A DNA stretch of 64,000 nucleotides from Minisyncoccota bacterium (GTDB lineage: Bacteria; Patescibacteriota; Minisyncoccia; Phycocordibacterales; JABAAK01): NCBI GenBank assembly GCA_963668425.1, contig OY764332.1, positions 595,896 through 659,895 on the forward strand, given 5' to 3'. The notes beneath the pieces were generated by a model. The model did no database searches. It was not told the origin of the DNA and saw nothing but the letters and a program-made list of their open reading frames with translations. The position numbers and the translations under genes were made by a program. Positions 30,514 to 41,411 of the stretch are shown in pieces; the first letter of the stretch is position 1; every line of letters starts with the position of its first letter.

Positions 30514-31419
30514 GTGGGTATGTGTTACACTGTCTTTGAATTGCATATGCAAAAAGAAGAACGAGAAAGGAGGGTACAGGAACTTGAAGCGGCGATGGGG
30601 TTACCTGATTTTTGGGAGGATAAGGAGGAGGCGCAACGCATGGTGCGTGAATATAATGAGTTAAAAGAGGTCGGATCGGTGCGGGAATTTTTTCCGGCGG
30701 TTCTACATATCATTGCGGGAGTTGGTGGAGATGATGCGGAAGATTTTGCCCGTATGCTTGCCGCTATGTATCAGCGATATGCTGAGCATAAGGGGTTTGT
30801 TGTGTACGAGGTGGATCGGCATGAGACATCGCGGGGTGGGTATAAAAATATTAGTATTGAGATTGCAGATAAGCAGGCATATGAGCTATTGAAACATGAA
30901 ACCGGTGTACATCGGCTTGTTCGTATTTCTCCGTTTAATGCAAAGAAGCAACGACATACTTCATTTGCATTGGTGGATGTTACTCCCAAATTGCCGCCAT
31001 TACAGGAAGTAGATATTCCGGAGCGTGATATTGAAATTGACTTTACAAACTCAAGTGGCCCGGGTGGGCAGAATGTAAACAAGCGAGAAACAGCAGTGCG
31101 AGTTAAGCATATTCCGTCTGGTATTACTGTTCGGGTTGAGCGAGAGCGATCGCAGGCACAGAACAAAGAGGTTGCGCTGGAGATATTGCGTGGAAAACTT
31201 TTCGTGTTAATGAAACAGAAACGTGTGGAAACATTGCGTGATCTTTCGTTTGACAAAACCACTGATATTGAGTGGGGGAATCAAATTCGCTCGTATGTGT
31301 TGCACCCGTATAAAATGGTGAAAGATTTGCGTGTCAATTATGAAGAACGTAATCCAGAAGAGGTTTTTGATGGTAAATTGGATGGCTTTATAGAGGCATT
31401 GAAAGGGTATACGGAATAG
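30514..31419 (+). CDS. prfB: Peptide chain release factor 2 (N-terminal domain strongly reduced)
   Basis: 301 aa; 'SPF' tripeptide (RISPFNAKK), 'GGQ' (SSGPGGQNVNKRE); GTG (30514) or ATG (30520) start. Confidence 0.85.
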   Translation: MGMCYTVFELHMQKEERERRVQELEAAMGLPDFWEDKEEAQRMVREYNELKEVGSVREFFPAVLHIIAGVGGDDAEDFARMLAAMYQRYAEHKGFVVYEVDRHETSRGGYKNISIEIADKQAYELLKHETGVHRLVRISPFNAKKQRHTSFALVDVTPKLPPLQEVDIPERDIEIDFTNSSGPGGQNVNKRETAVRVKHIPSGITVRVERERSQAQNKEVALEILRGKLFVLMKQKRVETLRDLSFDKTTDIEWGNQIRSYVLHPYKMVKDLRVNYEERNPEEVFDGKLDGFIEALKGYTE

Positions 31420-31452
31420 TGCACGTTACGGTTGTGTTAGTATGATAAATGT

Positions 31453-32259
31453 ATGGATTCGGTTATGTCCCTATTTATTTTGGCTGTTGTGCAGGGGTTG
31501 ACTGAGTTTCTACCGATTTCATCATCGGCACATTTGGTATTATTTTCTGATGTATTGGGGGGTGGTGAGCATGATGTAGGTATTGTTATTGTATTACATG
31601 CTGCCACACTACTGGCGTCTGTGGTGTACTTTCGGAAGGATATCTATCGCCTTGCGCTTGCATTGTTCTCTCGTGTGGCATCTGCGGATCGTTCAGAGGC
31701 ATATGCAGTGCTGTTAGGAACGCTACCAATTGCATTTGTAGGATTTTTTATATATCCAATATTTTCATCGGTGCAGACGGTATCAGTCGTGGCAATTGCG
31801 TTAGCTGTGTCGGGCTCACTCTTGATTCTCGCTGATTATAGCATGCAAAAAGGGTGGGTAGGTGGTGTTGGTGTATCGCTATGGCGAAAAGGTCTTGGTA
31901 TTGGGATGATGCAAATATTTGCCCTATTACCCGGTGTGTCTCGGTCTGGTGTTACTATTGCTGGTGGACGACTATTTGGCTTTTCACGACGGCAGGCAAC
32001 CCGATTTTCTTTTTTGCTTGCTATTCCAACCATTGTTGGCGCTTTACTGTTACTCCTTGTTCAGTCGCCTCTGACTGCTACGTCATTTGGTGGTGTTAGC
32101 ATTGAAGTACTCTTGCTTGCCGCGTGTGTTTCAGGGGGCATTGCTTATACCACTATACATTTTTTCCTTAAATTTGTAGAGCGTATCGGTTTTGTGCCGT
32201 TTTTTGGGTATCAGGTGTTGCTAGGTGTTGTGTTACTCCTACTGCCGATTGTTGTTTAG
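31453..32259 (+). CDS. uppP: Undecaprenyl-diphosphatase UppP/BacA
   Basis: 268 aa; 'GLTEFLPISSSAHL', 'PGVSRSG' motifs, about 8 TM. Confidence 0.85.
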   Translation: MDSVMSLFILAVVQGLTEFLPISSSAHLVLFSDVLGGGEHDVGIVIVLHAATLLASVVYFRKDIYRLALALFSRVASADRSEAYAVLLGTLPIAFVGFFIYPIFSSVQTVSVVAIALAVSGSLLILADYSMQKGWVGGVGVSLWRKGLGIGMMQIFALLPGVSRSGVTIAGGRLFGFSRRQATRFSFLLAIPTIVGALLLLLVQSPLTATSFGGVSIEVLLLAACVSGGIAYTTIHFFLKFVERIGFVPFFGYQVLLGVVLLLLPIVV

Positions 32260-32491
32260 TCCCGGATATTGGTCACGAACTCTTTGTAATGTGATTTCAT
32301 CGTGTGTTTCTGGTGTTCTGTTTAGTCCGTATGGTGGCTCGGTGACAACGATGTAATACAGCCAGAGAAACCCAATGACTAGTACGAATATATACGGCAT
32401 TTTCATATGGGCAGTGTACCATTATTGTGATTTTTTTTGGGGTAATCCACAATCTGCCTATTGACTGAAAAAAGCGTGTTATATTTAAGGG

Positions 32492-32950
32492 ATGGTAAAT
32501 CAAAGTGAAAATTTTATAACTGCTGACGAGAAGAAGGAGATTGAGGCGGAATTACAGAAACTTATCACGGTAAAGCGTCCAGAGGTTATTGAGGACCTTC
32601 GTGTTGCGCGGGCATATGGTGATTTAAGTGAAAATGCCGAGTACGATGCCGCTCGCAAAAAACAAGGTATCATTGAAAGTCGTGTTAATGAGATAGAGTC
32701 CATTTTGAGAACAGCGGAGGTCGTTGAGGAAGATCACACTAAAGAGGTTGTTACTATTGGTAATTCAGTTGAGGTGAACGTGCAGGGTGAAGGAAAGAAG
32801 ATGTATACTATAGGTGCTGAAGGAAAGGGTACGGAGGTATCTTCGCATTCGCCTATAGCGGAAGCGTTGCTTGGCAAGCAGCAGGGGGATGTTGTTGTTG
32901 CTGTTTTACCAAAAGGCAAGGTGGAAATGACTATTCAAAAGATACGATAA
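32492..32950 (+). CDS. greA: Transcription elongation factor GreA
   Basis: 152 aa; coiled-coil N-domain, 'ARAYGDLSENAEYDAAR', FKBP-like C-domain. Confidence 0.85.
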   Translation: MVNQSENFITADEKKEIEAELQKLITVKRPEVIEDLRVARAYGDLSENAEYDAARKKQGIIESRVNEIESILRTAEVVEEDHTKEVVTIGNSVEVNVQGEGKKMYTIGAEGKGTEVSSHSPIAEALLGKQQGDVVVAVLPKGKVEMTIQKIR

Positions 32951-33031
32951 GTTTTGTGCCTCTGTTTCATAGTATTTGTTTTACTGGGAGGACATATTAC
33001 AGGTGGGATTATATATACAAATATACAAATC

Positions 33032-33766
33032 ATGAAAGAAGGAGTGCCTATAACAAAAAGGAAGCGTATTCTGCGAGATGTTGCTCGGCAAAGGGGGCTG
33101 TTTAAAAAACCAGGATTTTTTCGATCACTTGTTTATTCATCTGCTATTTTTTGGGAGTCCTTCGCTGGGTTTAGGTTTATTTCTCATTTTGGCAAGTCGG
33201 TGTCCTTTTTTGGTTCTGCGCGACAATCATTGCCTGAGCGATTTTATACAGATTGTGAGGAATTAGCAGCTCGCCTGAGTACTCATGGTTTTGCAATTAT
33301 TAGCGGAGGGAGTGGTGGTATTATGGAAGCGGCAAATAAGGGGGCAAATCGAGTTGATGGGGAATCAGTTGGTGTGAATATTGCTCTTTCAAGCCAAGAG
33401 CGAAGTAATAGGTTTTTGAAGCATTTTCGGGTATTTAAGTACCTTTTTTTACGAAAAACTATCCTTTCTTGTGCATCTGAGGTGTATATCTTTTTCCCCG
33501 GTGGATTTGGTACTTTGGATGAGGTGTTTGAGATGTTAACCCTGGTACAACTCGGTTTTGTGGATAGATTGCCGATTATCTTTTATGGTAAGGATTATTG
33601 GGATCCGATTATTTCTTTTTTGAAACGTGATTTGGCTGAGACATATAAAACGATATCAAAGGAAGATGCTGATTTGTTTGTTGTTATGGACTCTGTTGAC
33701 GAAGCGGAGTATTATATTACATCATTGCAATTATCAGAAACTCATTCCTGTCGGTTGCGTTTATAG
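33032..33766 (+). CDS. LOG-family nucleotide-binding protein (TIGR00730; cytokinin riboside 5'-monophosphate phosphoribohydrolase-like)
   Basis: 'GGSGGIMEAANKGA', 'PGGFGTLDEVFE' (PGGxGTxxE) motifs; start moved to internal ATG. Confidence 0.7.
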   Translation: MKEGVPITKRKRILRDVARQRGLFKKPGFFRSLVYSSAIFWESFAGFRFISHFGKSVSFFGSARQSLPERFYTDCEELAARLSTHGFAIISGGSGGIMEAANKGANRVDGESVGVNIALSSQERSNRFLKHFRVFKYLFLRKTILSCASEVYIFFPGGFGTLDEVFEMLTLVQLGFVDRLPIIFYGKDYWDPIISFLKRDLAETYKTISKEDADLFVVMDSVDEAEYYITSLQLSETHSCRLRL

Positions 33767-33941
33767 AGTGCTTTATATAGGAGTTGATGGTACTGTAGCT
33801 CTGGCTATAAATATGTCACAATGTCGCAAAAGGTATATTGTGCGACATGATGATTTCTCGTTTCCTAATACTCGTGCATCAGGTTGTAGGTAATAGAAAA
33901 ACACCCCGCTGTATACGGGGTGTTTGTGGTGTAGTGTAAGT

Positions 33942-34451
33942 TTAAGGTGTCGTTATGCTTCCATCGTCCCAGAATATTTCTCGCTGGATTCTGGACTCTT
34001 CTCCTCCGTTAAAATAAACGAATAGAACTGCTGCGTCACCAGCGTGCCCCTTTATAAGGACAATTCTTCCAAACTTCAGTGCCTCGGGATCATTAGGAAG
34101 TATCTCTGCTATCTGCTGAGCGCCATTTTGGCTAACGTCAAAAATATGGACAGTGCCTCTGCCCTCGTCGGCGTTTGGCATGCCGACAGCTAGTAGGTAG
34201 GCATTATTCCCCAGAGGATGGCTTGCTACTGCTCTCTCCTCGTCTTGGAATTGGGGGTGCTGAAGCAGTGTTTGAATTTGCTCAAGGACTTCAATCTCAA
34301 TCTTGGCCTCATCAGGTGCTATGACAATGTCTTGAGCTTCAGGTGCCATGACAATGTCTTGAGCTGGGCCAGAAACTCTTTCACACCCAGTAATAAACGC
34401 CATAAAAAATACAATACCTAACACAAAAAAATTTTTCATTTTCTCCTCCAA
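33942..34451 (-). CDS. Hypothetical lipoprotein
   Basis: Signal peptide with lipobox 'FITGC'; internal 24-bp tandem repeat (APEAQDIV×2). Confidence 0.35.
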   Translation of the reverse strand: MEEKMKNFFVLGIVFFMAFITGCERVSGPAQDIVMAPEAQDIVIAPDEAKIEIEVLEQIQTLLQHPQFQDEERAVASHPLGNNAYLLAVGMPNADEGRGTVHIFDVSQNGAQQIAEILPNDPEALKFGRIVLIKGHAGDAAVLFVYFNGGEESRIQREIFWDDGSITTP

Positions 34452-34677
34452 AAATTCTACTACAGTTTAAATTTTCTTTACCTAATAACGAACAATACTA
34501 ACATCATACAAGAAAAATATAATATGTCAAATACCCCCCCCCAAGAAAACCCTTATTCTACAAGATATTTTGACTATTCGTACCTATTTCTAAAGGACAC
34601 TCTTGCCGCAAAAATGATGAACTAATATGCATCAGGTTGTAGGTAATAGAAAAACACCCGGAGTAATTAGAAAGATT

Positions 34678-36069
34678 TCAACTACTATTTATTGTATCTT
34701 GTAAATATTTTATGAGGTCTTTTATAAGTACTCGCTCTTGTTGCATTGAGTCACGGTGGCGTACTGTTACGGTTTCATCTTTGTCTGTGTCGTAATCAAT
34801 AGTAACTGCAAATGGTGTGCCTATCTCATCTGCTCTGCGATAGCGCTTGCCAATGGCACCTGTCTCATCATAGTATGTGCTGTACTGCTGTGCCAGGTTG
34901 CTGTATACCTCTTTTGCTTTTTCTGGATGGCCATCTTTTCGCATCAGTGGTAGAATCGCAACCGTCATCGGTGCGATAGACGGCTGTAGTCGTAGTACCA
35001 CCCGCTTGCTACCGTCTTTGAGTGTTTCTTCAGTGTATGCGTCAGAGAGTACTGCTAAGAACAGTCGTCCAGCACCAATGGATGTCTCAATGATGTTTGG
35101 AGTGATGTGTTTATTTGTTTCTTGGTCAAAGTAGGTAAGTTTCTCTCCTGAGTGTTTTGTGTGTTGTGTTAAGTCGTAGTTGCCTCGGTCATGGATACCT
35201 TCCAGCTCTTTCCAGCCGAACGGATATTGGTATTCAATGTCAACTGCAGCTTTTGCATAGAAAACCAATCGCTCGTGTGGTGTTGTGCGAATGTGTTCTT
35301 TTTTGATGCCTATGTTTTGTAATGCTTGCAATCGTAGTGCTAAAAATTCTTCAAAGTACCGTTTGCTATCCTGTTCGTGTATAAAGTACTGCATTTCCAT
35401 TTGTTCAAATTCTCTGGTTCGGAATAAAAATTGCCTCGGTGATATTTCATTGCGAAATGCCTTTCCAATTTGTGCGATACCGAATGGTAGCTTCATATGC
35501 ATGGAGTCCAACACCTGCTTGAAGTTAACATAGATGCCTTGGCATGTTTCTCCGCGTAGATATGTGACTTCGTCTTTTCCGATGGTGCCTAGGTTTGATG
35601 TTACTAGTAGATTTTGAAACTCTGGCTCAGATAAATCGTTTGGATTGCATCCGTCAATTTTTAATGATTGCTTGTTTTGTGTGAATACTTCACGGAATTC
35701 CTCAATACTCATTCGTTCATCAGCAGAGACGCCAATTTCTTCAAGAAGATGATCTGCTCGGAACCGCTTCCCTGTTTTTTGGCAGGTGGTTACTGGATCA
35801 GCAAATCCTTCTGTATGCCCTGATGCTTTCCATATGTTCGGATGCATGGCGATGCCAGAGTCAAGTCCCACAATGTCAGGACGTGTGCGTACCATCGTAT
35901 GCCACCAGTTGTTCTTCAGATTATTCAACATCTCCACTCCGAGTGGTCCGTAGTCATATACTCCTGCAAAACCGTCGTATATTTCAGAGGAAAGAAACAC
36001 AAACCCTCGTCGTTTTGCTAATTGCATCATCGCTTCAAGTGTGGCCATAGTGCCTTTAGTATGCCACAT
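34678..36069 (-). CDS. glyQS: Glycyl-tRNA synthetase, alpha2 (archaeal/eukaryal-like) type
   Basis: 463 aa; 'LAKRRGFVFLSSEIYDGFAGVYDYGPLG' N-terminal signature, class II motifs, C-terminal anticodon-binding domain. Confidence 0.85.
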   Translation of the reverse strand: MWHTKGTMATLEAMMQLAKRRGFVFLSSEIYDGFAGVYDYGPLGVEMLNNLKNNWWHTMVRTRPDIVGLDSGIAMHPNIWKASGHTEGFADPVTTCQKTGKRFRADHLLEEIGVSADERMSIEEFREVFTQNKQSLKIDGCNPNDLSEPEFQNLLVTSNLGTIGKDEVTYLRGETCQGIYVNFKQVLDSMHMKLPFGIAQIGKAFRNEISPRQFLFRTREFEQMEMQYFIHEQDSKRYFEEFLALRLQALQNIGIKKEHIRTTPHERLVFYAKAAVDIEYQYPFGWKELEGIHDRGNYDLTQHTKHSGEKLTYFDQETNKHITPNIIETSIGAGRLFLAVLSDAYTEETLKDGSKRVVLRLQPSIAPMTVAILPLMRKDGHPEKAKEVYSNLAQQYSTYYDETGAIGKRYRRADEIGTPFAVTIDYDTDKDETVTVRHRDSMQQERVLIKDLIKYLQDTINSS

Positions 36070-36403
36070 TGGGTGTTATGTCAGTAAGTGTAAGAAGTTT
36101 TTTTGGTATACTGTATGCAGGAGGTGATACTTATATGCAGAGAGTGTGTGTATGTCCACATTGTACGGCAGATGTAGAGGAAGCAGTGTGGTATTTTGGA
36201 CTCTTTTGTGAGTATGACGTAGAAGAATTTCGTCCGATTGCTGCTGCCCCAACGTTACATCTTGGTCTTGGTATTGTTGCGAGACAAGAAGAATTGGACT
36301 GCTTGTGGCATGACGGAGATGAAGATATATCTTAAAGGCAATACAAAAACCCAAAAAATTCACATAGAATTTTTTGGGTTTTTTAGAAAGTTATTGGTCG
36401 TGG

Positions 36404-37018
36404 TTAATAATATACTTTAAACCGTCGCACTAGATCTCTGCTTGATTCTGTTTCCCCAGATGAACAGATGCTGTACCCTTTCACTTCTGTTGAAGATTCT
36501 ATCAGCCCTTCAGTGCAGATGTTGCTGTTCGTTACCCCTTTGCTACATACCTTTTTGACGGTTATATGTGCACATGGTACTTTTGAGATGCCGTTGAGAT
36601 TTTTTGCTGGGGAATCTATCACAACAAATTGATACGTTCCGGTTCCAATTGGCGTGCTGTCATCTTCATCTGATGAGGGCTTGTACAAGATAGACCAGTC
36701 AGATCCTTTTCGTACCTGGTATAGTTCCCCACAATCCAAAGCATCGTACTTTCTGCTAAGCAATTTCTCAAATGTTTGCCGTCTAAAATCATTAAACAAA
36801 ACGCATTCTAGTGCGGAATTTGCTATGTTCATAGCGATTTGCGATCGTTTGCCGTATACTTGTCGCGTGACATCTTTTTCAAGAATAGAAGTGAGTGTTA
36901 TTCCGATTGCTAGCAATACTGCGGTGACAGCAATGGTGGTAACTAAGACCGATCCTTTATTTTTGTTTTGTTTGTATGTGTGCTTCATAGTACTATCTTC
37001 TTTTTTGTATCCATTCAA
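36404..37018 (-). CDS. Pilin-like/pseudopilin protein
   Basis: 204 aa; basic N-terminus then hydrophobic helix (KGSVLVTTIAVTAVLLAIGITL); overlaps upstream pilin gene by 26 nt. Confidence 0.35.
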   Translation of the reverse strand: MNGYKKEDSTMKHTYKQNKNKGSVLVTTIAVTAVLLAIGITLTSILEKDVTRQVYGKRSQIAMNIANSALECVLFNDFRRQTFEKLLSRKYDALDCGELYQVRKGSDWSILYKPSSDEDDSTPIGTGTYQFVVIDSPAKNLNGISKVPCAHITVKKVCSKGVTNSNICTEGLIESSTEVKGYSICSSGETESSRDLVRRFKVYY

Positions 37019-37721
37019 ATACTGATTCTTGTGTTTTCACTTGTTTACTTGTATTGGTTTTATCAGACCATGAGATGCACGGTACTGCCGTTGCATACTG
37101 CACTTCGGTGTCTTCCTGCGGAATAATGATATGTAATGTGGTAGTGAATTCATTATTTCTTTTTGGTGCATTGCCGTCACATGTGTTTGTATTTTTTCCA
37201 CGAATATTGTTTGTTGTCGCTATGCCGGCAATGGCTCCGTTATATATTTTGTTGCCCTGGCCAGTTGTGCCACACTCCCCTTGTGCAGTTTTGTCATCTC
37301 CATTGAAGCACTCAACGGTGCAGTAGTTTTTATGATTTCCTAGTATCCAATCATCGGCGTATAGTATGCAGTTGTTATATTCATTTTTAGATTGTGGATC
37401 ATAGAGTGTGTCAAACCAGTCGCCTCCGTTTGGATCAAGTATGTCCGAGTCCCGTGTGTATCGCACATATTCTGTAATTTCTTGTGCTAATAATCCCGCT
37501 GTAACTCTATTTTCTGTCAAAGCATTTCTTATAAGGTAATCTGAGACAATAGAAATCGGCAGAAACCCGATGATCGTAATGACCGCTATTGCCACTAACA
37601 CCTCAACCAGTGTAAAACCTGCGTGTTTGTTATTCTTATGTACGTGCCACGTCAGAGAGTTCTTGTCGTGTAAGGAGATCATACCCGTGTGATGCCAGTA
37701 TAGCAAGAAAATAGAGGGCAT
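36993..37721 (-). CDS. Type IV pilin/pseudopilin with prepilin-type N-terminal cleavage/methylation domain
   Basis: Class III signal 'KHAG|FTLVEVLVAIAVITII'; start codon uncertain (several in-frame ATG). Confidence 0.6.
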   Translation of the reverse strand: MPSIFLLYWHHTGMISLHDKNSLTWHVHKNNKHAGFTLVEVLVAIAVITIIGFLPISIVSDYLIRNALTENRVTAGLLAQEITEYVRYTRDSDILDPNGGDWFDTLYDPQSKNEYNNCILYADDWILGNHKNYCTVECFNGDDKTAQGECGTTGQGNKIYNGAIAGIATTNNIRGKNTNTCDGNAPKRNNEFTTTLHIIIPQEDTEVQYATAVPCISWSDKTNTSKQVKTQESVFEWIQKRR

Positions 37722-37762
37722 GAAGTTTGTTCTTTTGGTGAAGCGTCTGCGAGAGGAATGTT

Positions 37763-39115
37763 TTATGCATGCTCAATCTGTAACTCTTCTCGTATGATTG
37801 CTCGTTCATCCCATGGTACTGATTCTCCACAAACCTCCATGGTCACCTCTGCTCCTTTGCCGGCTACAATCACTATATCCCCTGTTTGTGCTATTTTAAG
37901 TGCTTTCCGTATTGCTTTTCGTCTGTCTATCTCCACATACCACTCGGCTTCTGGATGTTTTTGAATGCCAGAGACAACCGCACACGCTATTTCTTCTGGA
38001 TCGTCAAAAAACGGATCAACCTCTGTTATTACGGTGATGTCGGCGTATTGTCCAGCAACTTCACCAATCTCAACAGCATTATATTTCCATCGTGATGCTC
38101 CGACTGCACCAACTACCAGAATTATCCGCCCTTGGTTTGGAGATGCTTGCTGTTTCAATGCAACGCAAACACTTTCAATGCTCAGTGGTTCGTGCGCATA
38201 GTCACAAAACACCCGAAATGGTTGTCCTGCATGTATCTCTTCTAATCGTCCGGGTATTGTTGTGGATGCAAGTGCTTGATTAATATGCGCCGGGGAAACA
38301 GCACCATATCGCTTTGCTAGCAGTATTGCCGGTGTCGCATTTCGCACTGTTATCATGCCTGGCAGTGGTACCGCATAGCGATCGCCTTCTAATGTGAATG
38401 TATTTGCCTCACTTGTCTCTTCAGCAGTAATTGGTACTGTTGCTTTTGTGCTGAAGCCAACCAGCATGTGTTTGTTGTTGGACACGGCAGAGAGTTTTTG
38501 AAAGTAGTCAACATTGCCATCATCAACGTTCAAAATGATATATCGTTTCACCGGTACATTATTCAGTTTCTTTTGAGGTGATCGTGACTGCTGTTTAAAA
38601 AGTAGTCCTTTGGCATGTCGGTAGCGTTCAAATGTTTTATGGGTTACTAAATGTTCTGGTGATAGGTTTGTAAATACTAGTGAGTCATACCACACGCCCA
38701 ATACTCGGAATTGCCGAATCCCTTCAGATGGTGTTTCAATGATGGCATACCGACACCCTGCGTCCACCATTTTTTTCAGTTGTTTTTGTACATATCCCCG
38801 ACCGGGCAGTGTCATATGCTTTTTGTTGATGGACACTTCACTTCCGATTCGTACTTCGGCTGTTGAGAGCAGTCCAACTGTTTCTCCACTAGCGGAAAGA
38901 GTAGCGTGAATGAATGAGGCGGTTGAGGTCTTCCCTTTTGTGCCGGTTATACCGATAACAATTATCTTTTTTGATGGATGCTGATACCACAGCAGCGCAG
39001 CGATGGCGAATATATAGTGATATCCGAGTAATAAAAACTCTGGCAACAAACGTGCTATGAAGCGTTTTGCTCGTGCCAACACTTTCTTGATATCACTTTC
39101 TCTCATATAGCACAA
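37763..39115 (-). CDS. murE: Mur ligase family, MurE-like (UDP-MurNAc-tripeptide synthetase)
   Basis: 450 aa; P-loop 'GITGTKGKTST', 'DYAHEP' motif characteristic of MurE (DYAHTP), N-terminal hydrophobic segment. Confidence 0.6.
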   Translation of the reverse strand: MCYMRESDIKKVLARAKRFIARLLPEFLLLGYHYIFAIAALLWYQHPSKKIIVIGITGTKGKTSTASFIHATLSASGETVGLLSTAEVRIGSEVSINKKHMTLPGRGYVQKQLKKMVDAGCRYAIIETPSEGIRQFRVLGVWYDSLVFTNLSPEHLVTHKTFERYRHAKGLLFKQQSRSPQKKLNNVPVKRYIILNVDDGNVDYFQKLSAVSNNKHMLVGFSTKATVPITAEETSEANTFTLEGDRYAVPLPGMITVRNATPAILLAKRYGAVSPAHINQALASTTIPGRLEEIHAGQPFRVFCDYAHEPLSIESVCVALKQQASPNQGRIILVVGAVGASRWKYNAVEIGEVAGQYADITVITEVDPFFDDPEEIACAVVSGIQKHPEAEWYVEIDRRKAIRKALKIAQTGDIVIVAGKGAEVTMEVCGESVPWDERAIIREELQIEHA

Positions 39116-39142
39116 GTATACACCTGTTGCGCGTCAGTTGTC

Positions 39143-39460
39143 TTACTGAACAGTGTCAATTCGCACCTTTAAAAATGGCTGTCTATGTCCGTAATGGCGA
39201 CGATAATTTGATTTTGCTCGAAATCGAACAACTGATATTTTCTTGTATTTGCCTACTTCTTCAACGGTACCTGTTACTTTTTTCCCTTCCACATACGGTG
39301 CGCCTATTTCTGTTTTTGTGCCGTCATCAAATAGTACCACTTTATCAAAGGAAACCGTGTCTCCTTCTTTATGCTCTTTTAGCAACTCAATCGTAATACG
39401 ATCACCGTCGTTTATTGCATACTGCTTCCCCCCTGTTTCTATCACTGCGAAATTACTCAT
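39143..39460 (-). CDS. rplU: 50S ribosomal protein L21
   Basis: 105 aa; 'MSNFAVIETGGKQY…' canonical L21 N-terminus. Confidence 0.9.
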   Translation of the reverse strand: MSNFAVIETGGKQYAINDGDRITIELLKEHKEGDTVSFDKVVLFDDGTKTEIGAPYVEGKKVTGTVEEVGKYKKISVVRFRAKSNYRRHYGHRQPFLKVRIDTVQ

Positions 39461-39708
39461 ATATTGTATGTGTAGTAATATAGTAGCAGTATATACCTAT
39501 TTTTCACTATTTTGCAACATATATGTATAGATTTGGTACCTTGTCGTGTCGTTATAGGGCACGGGTGGTGTTTGTGGAGATATGGGTCTATTTTGCATAT
39601 ATAACTTGACTTTTTGCGATTTTAAGGTATAATTTATATGATTATGGTGTCGCTATGGTTGTGGGGAAATGGTGTGTAATTTGTAAGAGAAATCTAACAA
39701 AATACACA

Positions 39709-40560
39709 ATGAAATTAACTACTAAAATCTATACTGTAGTATTGCTGTTGAGCATCATTGCCGGTATTCTATTTGCTTTGAAGACGGATGCTGATATTGC
39801 CGTACGCACTACACTACAGACCGAAATACACGCAATACAGCGGTCTGTTGCTGATTTGGAACGGTTTATTTCAGTATCTGCAGAGATGCACGACATAGAA
39901 TCGTTTAAGCACATGATGCGTTCTGTGGCGCTGTTGCTGTCATTTGAGCCGACAGAAGCTGAAACTGAAGATGCTTCAGCAGAGGAGGTTGTACAGAATC
40001 CGCCCATCACCACAGAAACTGCAGCGTCAGTACAAAATCTGACTACGCAGGAGTCACAGGTTGATTTAGTAGAAACTGAAAAGTCAATGGCGTGGGAAAT
40101 CGCACAAGCTGTACACCGAGAGGTAAATGCGGTCCGAGATGCTCATGGGGCTCCTCTGGTTGTTGATCATGTCGCAATAACATCTGTGACGCTGCGGCAC
40201 AGTATTGACATGCAAAACAACGCTTATTTTGCACACATAAACCCTCGTGGGCAAAAACCGTTGGCTAGATTTGGTGGTATGGAGCAGTTAACCAATCGTA
40301 CTGGGTGTCGTGCACTGTATTCAGAAAACCTTGCTATGTTGACAACCGGAGATAACTACAGAGCTTTTATTGCCGGTGAATGGCGCCTTGATCCAGAGCA
40401 GATCGCGGAGAAAGTGGTTCGGATGTGGATGGCAAGCACACAAGGGCATCGAGAAAACATGCTCATGCTGACGCATCGCCTAAGCGGTATCGGGGTTGCA
40501 GTTGGTGTAGATCAAGGGCCTGGCTATACCATATACGTTACGCAGAACTTTTGTTCATAG
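39709..40560 (+). CDS. CAP/SCP/YkwD-domain secreted protein
   Basis: Signal/TM 'MKLTTKIYTVVLLLSIIAGILFAL'; C-terminal CAP region with 'HREVNAVRDAHG', 'HINPRG', 'GHRENML' motifs. Confidence 0.6.
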   Translation: MKLTTKIYTVVLLLSIIAGILFALKTDADIAVRTTLQTEIHAIQRSVADLERFISVSAEMHDIESFKHMMRSVALLLSFEPTEAETEDASAEEVVQNPPITTETAASVQNLTTQESQVDLVETEKSMAWEIAQAVHREVNAVRDAHGAPLVVDHVAITSVTLRHSIDMQNNAYFAHINPRGQKPLARFGGMEQLTNRTGCRALYSENLAMLTTGDNYRAFIAGEWRLDPEQIAEKVVRMWMASTQGHRENMLMLTHRLSGIGVAVGVDQGPGYTIYVTQNFCS

Positions 40561-40622
40561 CAGAACGTGTGTGGTAACTTGACAAAATAGTCAATATTCT
40601 TTATAATTGACTATAGAAACTA

Positions 40623-41411
40623 TTGAAAATAAGGAGAAAAAACATGAGAGGTTTTTTAACACTCCTCTTTATTTTTGTTACCTTTTCATCGCTGCTTGGT
40701 TGTGGTGATGACAAAAGTGGTGGTGATTTATTGCAACCACTAGAGGAAACGGAAATGCTTGAGGAGGAGGAATTAGTTGACGTTGCCGATGTTAACGTTA
40801 CCGATGAGGTTGATGCTGATCAAGACGACGTGGCGGATGTCCTTTTGTATGGGACAATCCCGTTAGGAACCACAGCGATAGACGTGTTTGAGTTCACCGA
40901 CCAGAAAGATATTATCTTTGCTGAGTTGGTACGCCACCCCAACGGCATTGGGGAGGATTGGCTCACAAAACGAGTGGAACGGCAGACCGGGTTCCCTTTG
41001 AACATCATTGAGCAAGTGCTCACTGAAGCCAAGGCGGAGCTAGAGTTGATTATCTCTTTCTTTTCTAAGAAGGAAGGGGTAGATCGGTACTCCCGGTTTG
41101 TTGAGGCGGAGCGTCAGATTGTCCTCGACAATAAGGATGATTTGGGCTCTCTTCCTGAAAAGTTGGGGACGTTGTTTGAAGCGGAATTTGGGATTTCGTT
41201 CCAACTTGCCCATGACACGCTTCTCAAGATCCACTTAGAAGAGAATCCACATGACGCTCCGAAGGTGTTGGGAACATTATATGGGTACTCCGATCTGGTC
41301 TTCATCTTTGGGCTTGGGAGGGAGTTATTCCCAGAGATGCCCGAAGAAGAGGCCTTGAAGCGATTCAGAATGCTGGCACGCGCCGGACGAACGAATCTCA
41401 TACCGCACTAG
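40623..41411 (+). CDS. Hypothetical acidic lipoprotein
   Basis: Lipobox 'SLLGCGDD'; highly acidic N-terminal region (EEEELVDVADVNVTDEVDADQDD). Confidence 0.4.
   Translation: MKIRRKNMRGFLTLLFIFVTFSSLLGCGDDKSGGDLLQPLEETEMLEEEELVDVADVNVTDEVDADQDDVADVLLYGTIPLGTTAIDVFEFTDQKDIIFAELVRHPNGIGEDWLTKRVERQTGFPLNIIEQVLTEAKAELELIISFFSKKEGVDRYSRFVEAERQIVLDNKDDLGSLPEKLGTLFEAEFGISFQLAHDTLLKIHLEENPHDAPKVLGTLYGYSDLVFIFGLGRELFPEMPEEEALKRFRMLARAGRTNLIPH

Noticed and set aside
30495-30545. Possible RF2 programmed +1 frameshift: 'CTT TGA' lies in the frame preceding prfB, positioned so that a +1 shift enters the prfB frame at 30538
   Set aside because: The upstream zero frame is closed by a TGA at 30495, leaving at most about 9-13 codons and no ATG. 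The SD-like GGGT is about 15 nt rather than 3 nt upstream. The prfB frame is already open from GTG 30514/ATG 30520. More likely prfB simply has a reduced N-terminal domain (prfA is also short). It is worth a quick look in homologs.
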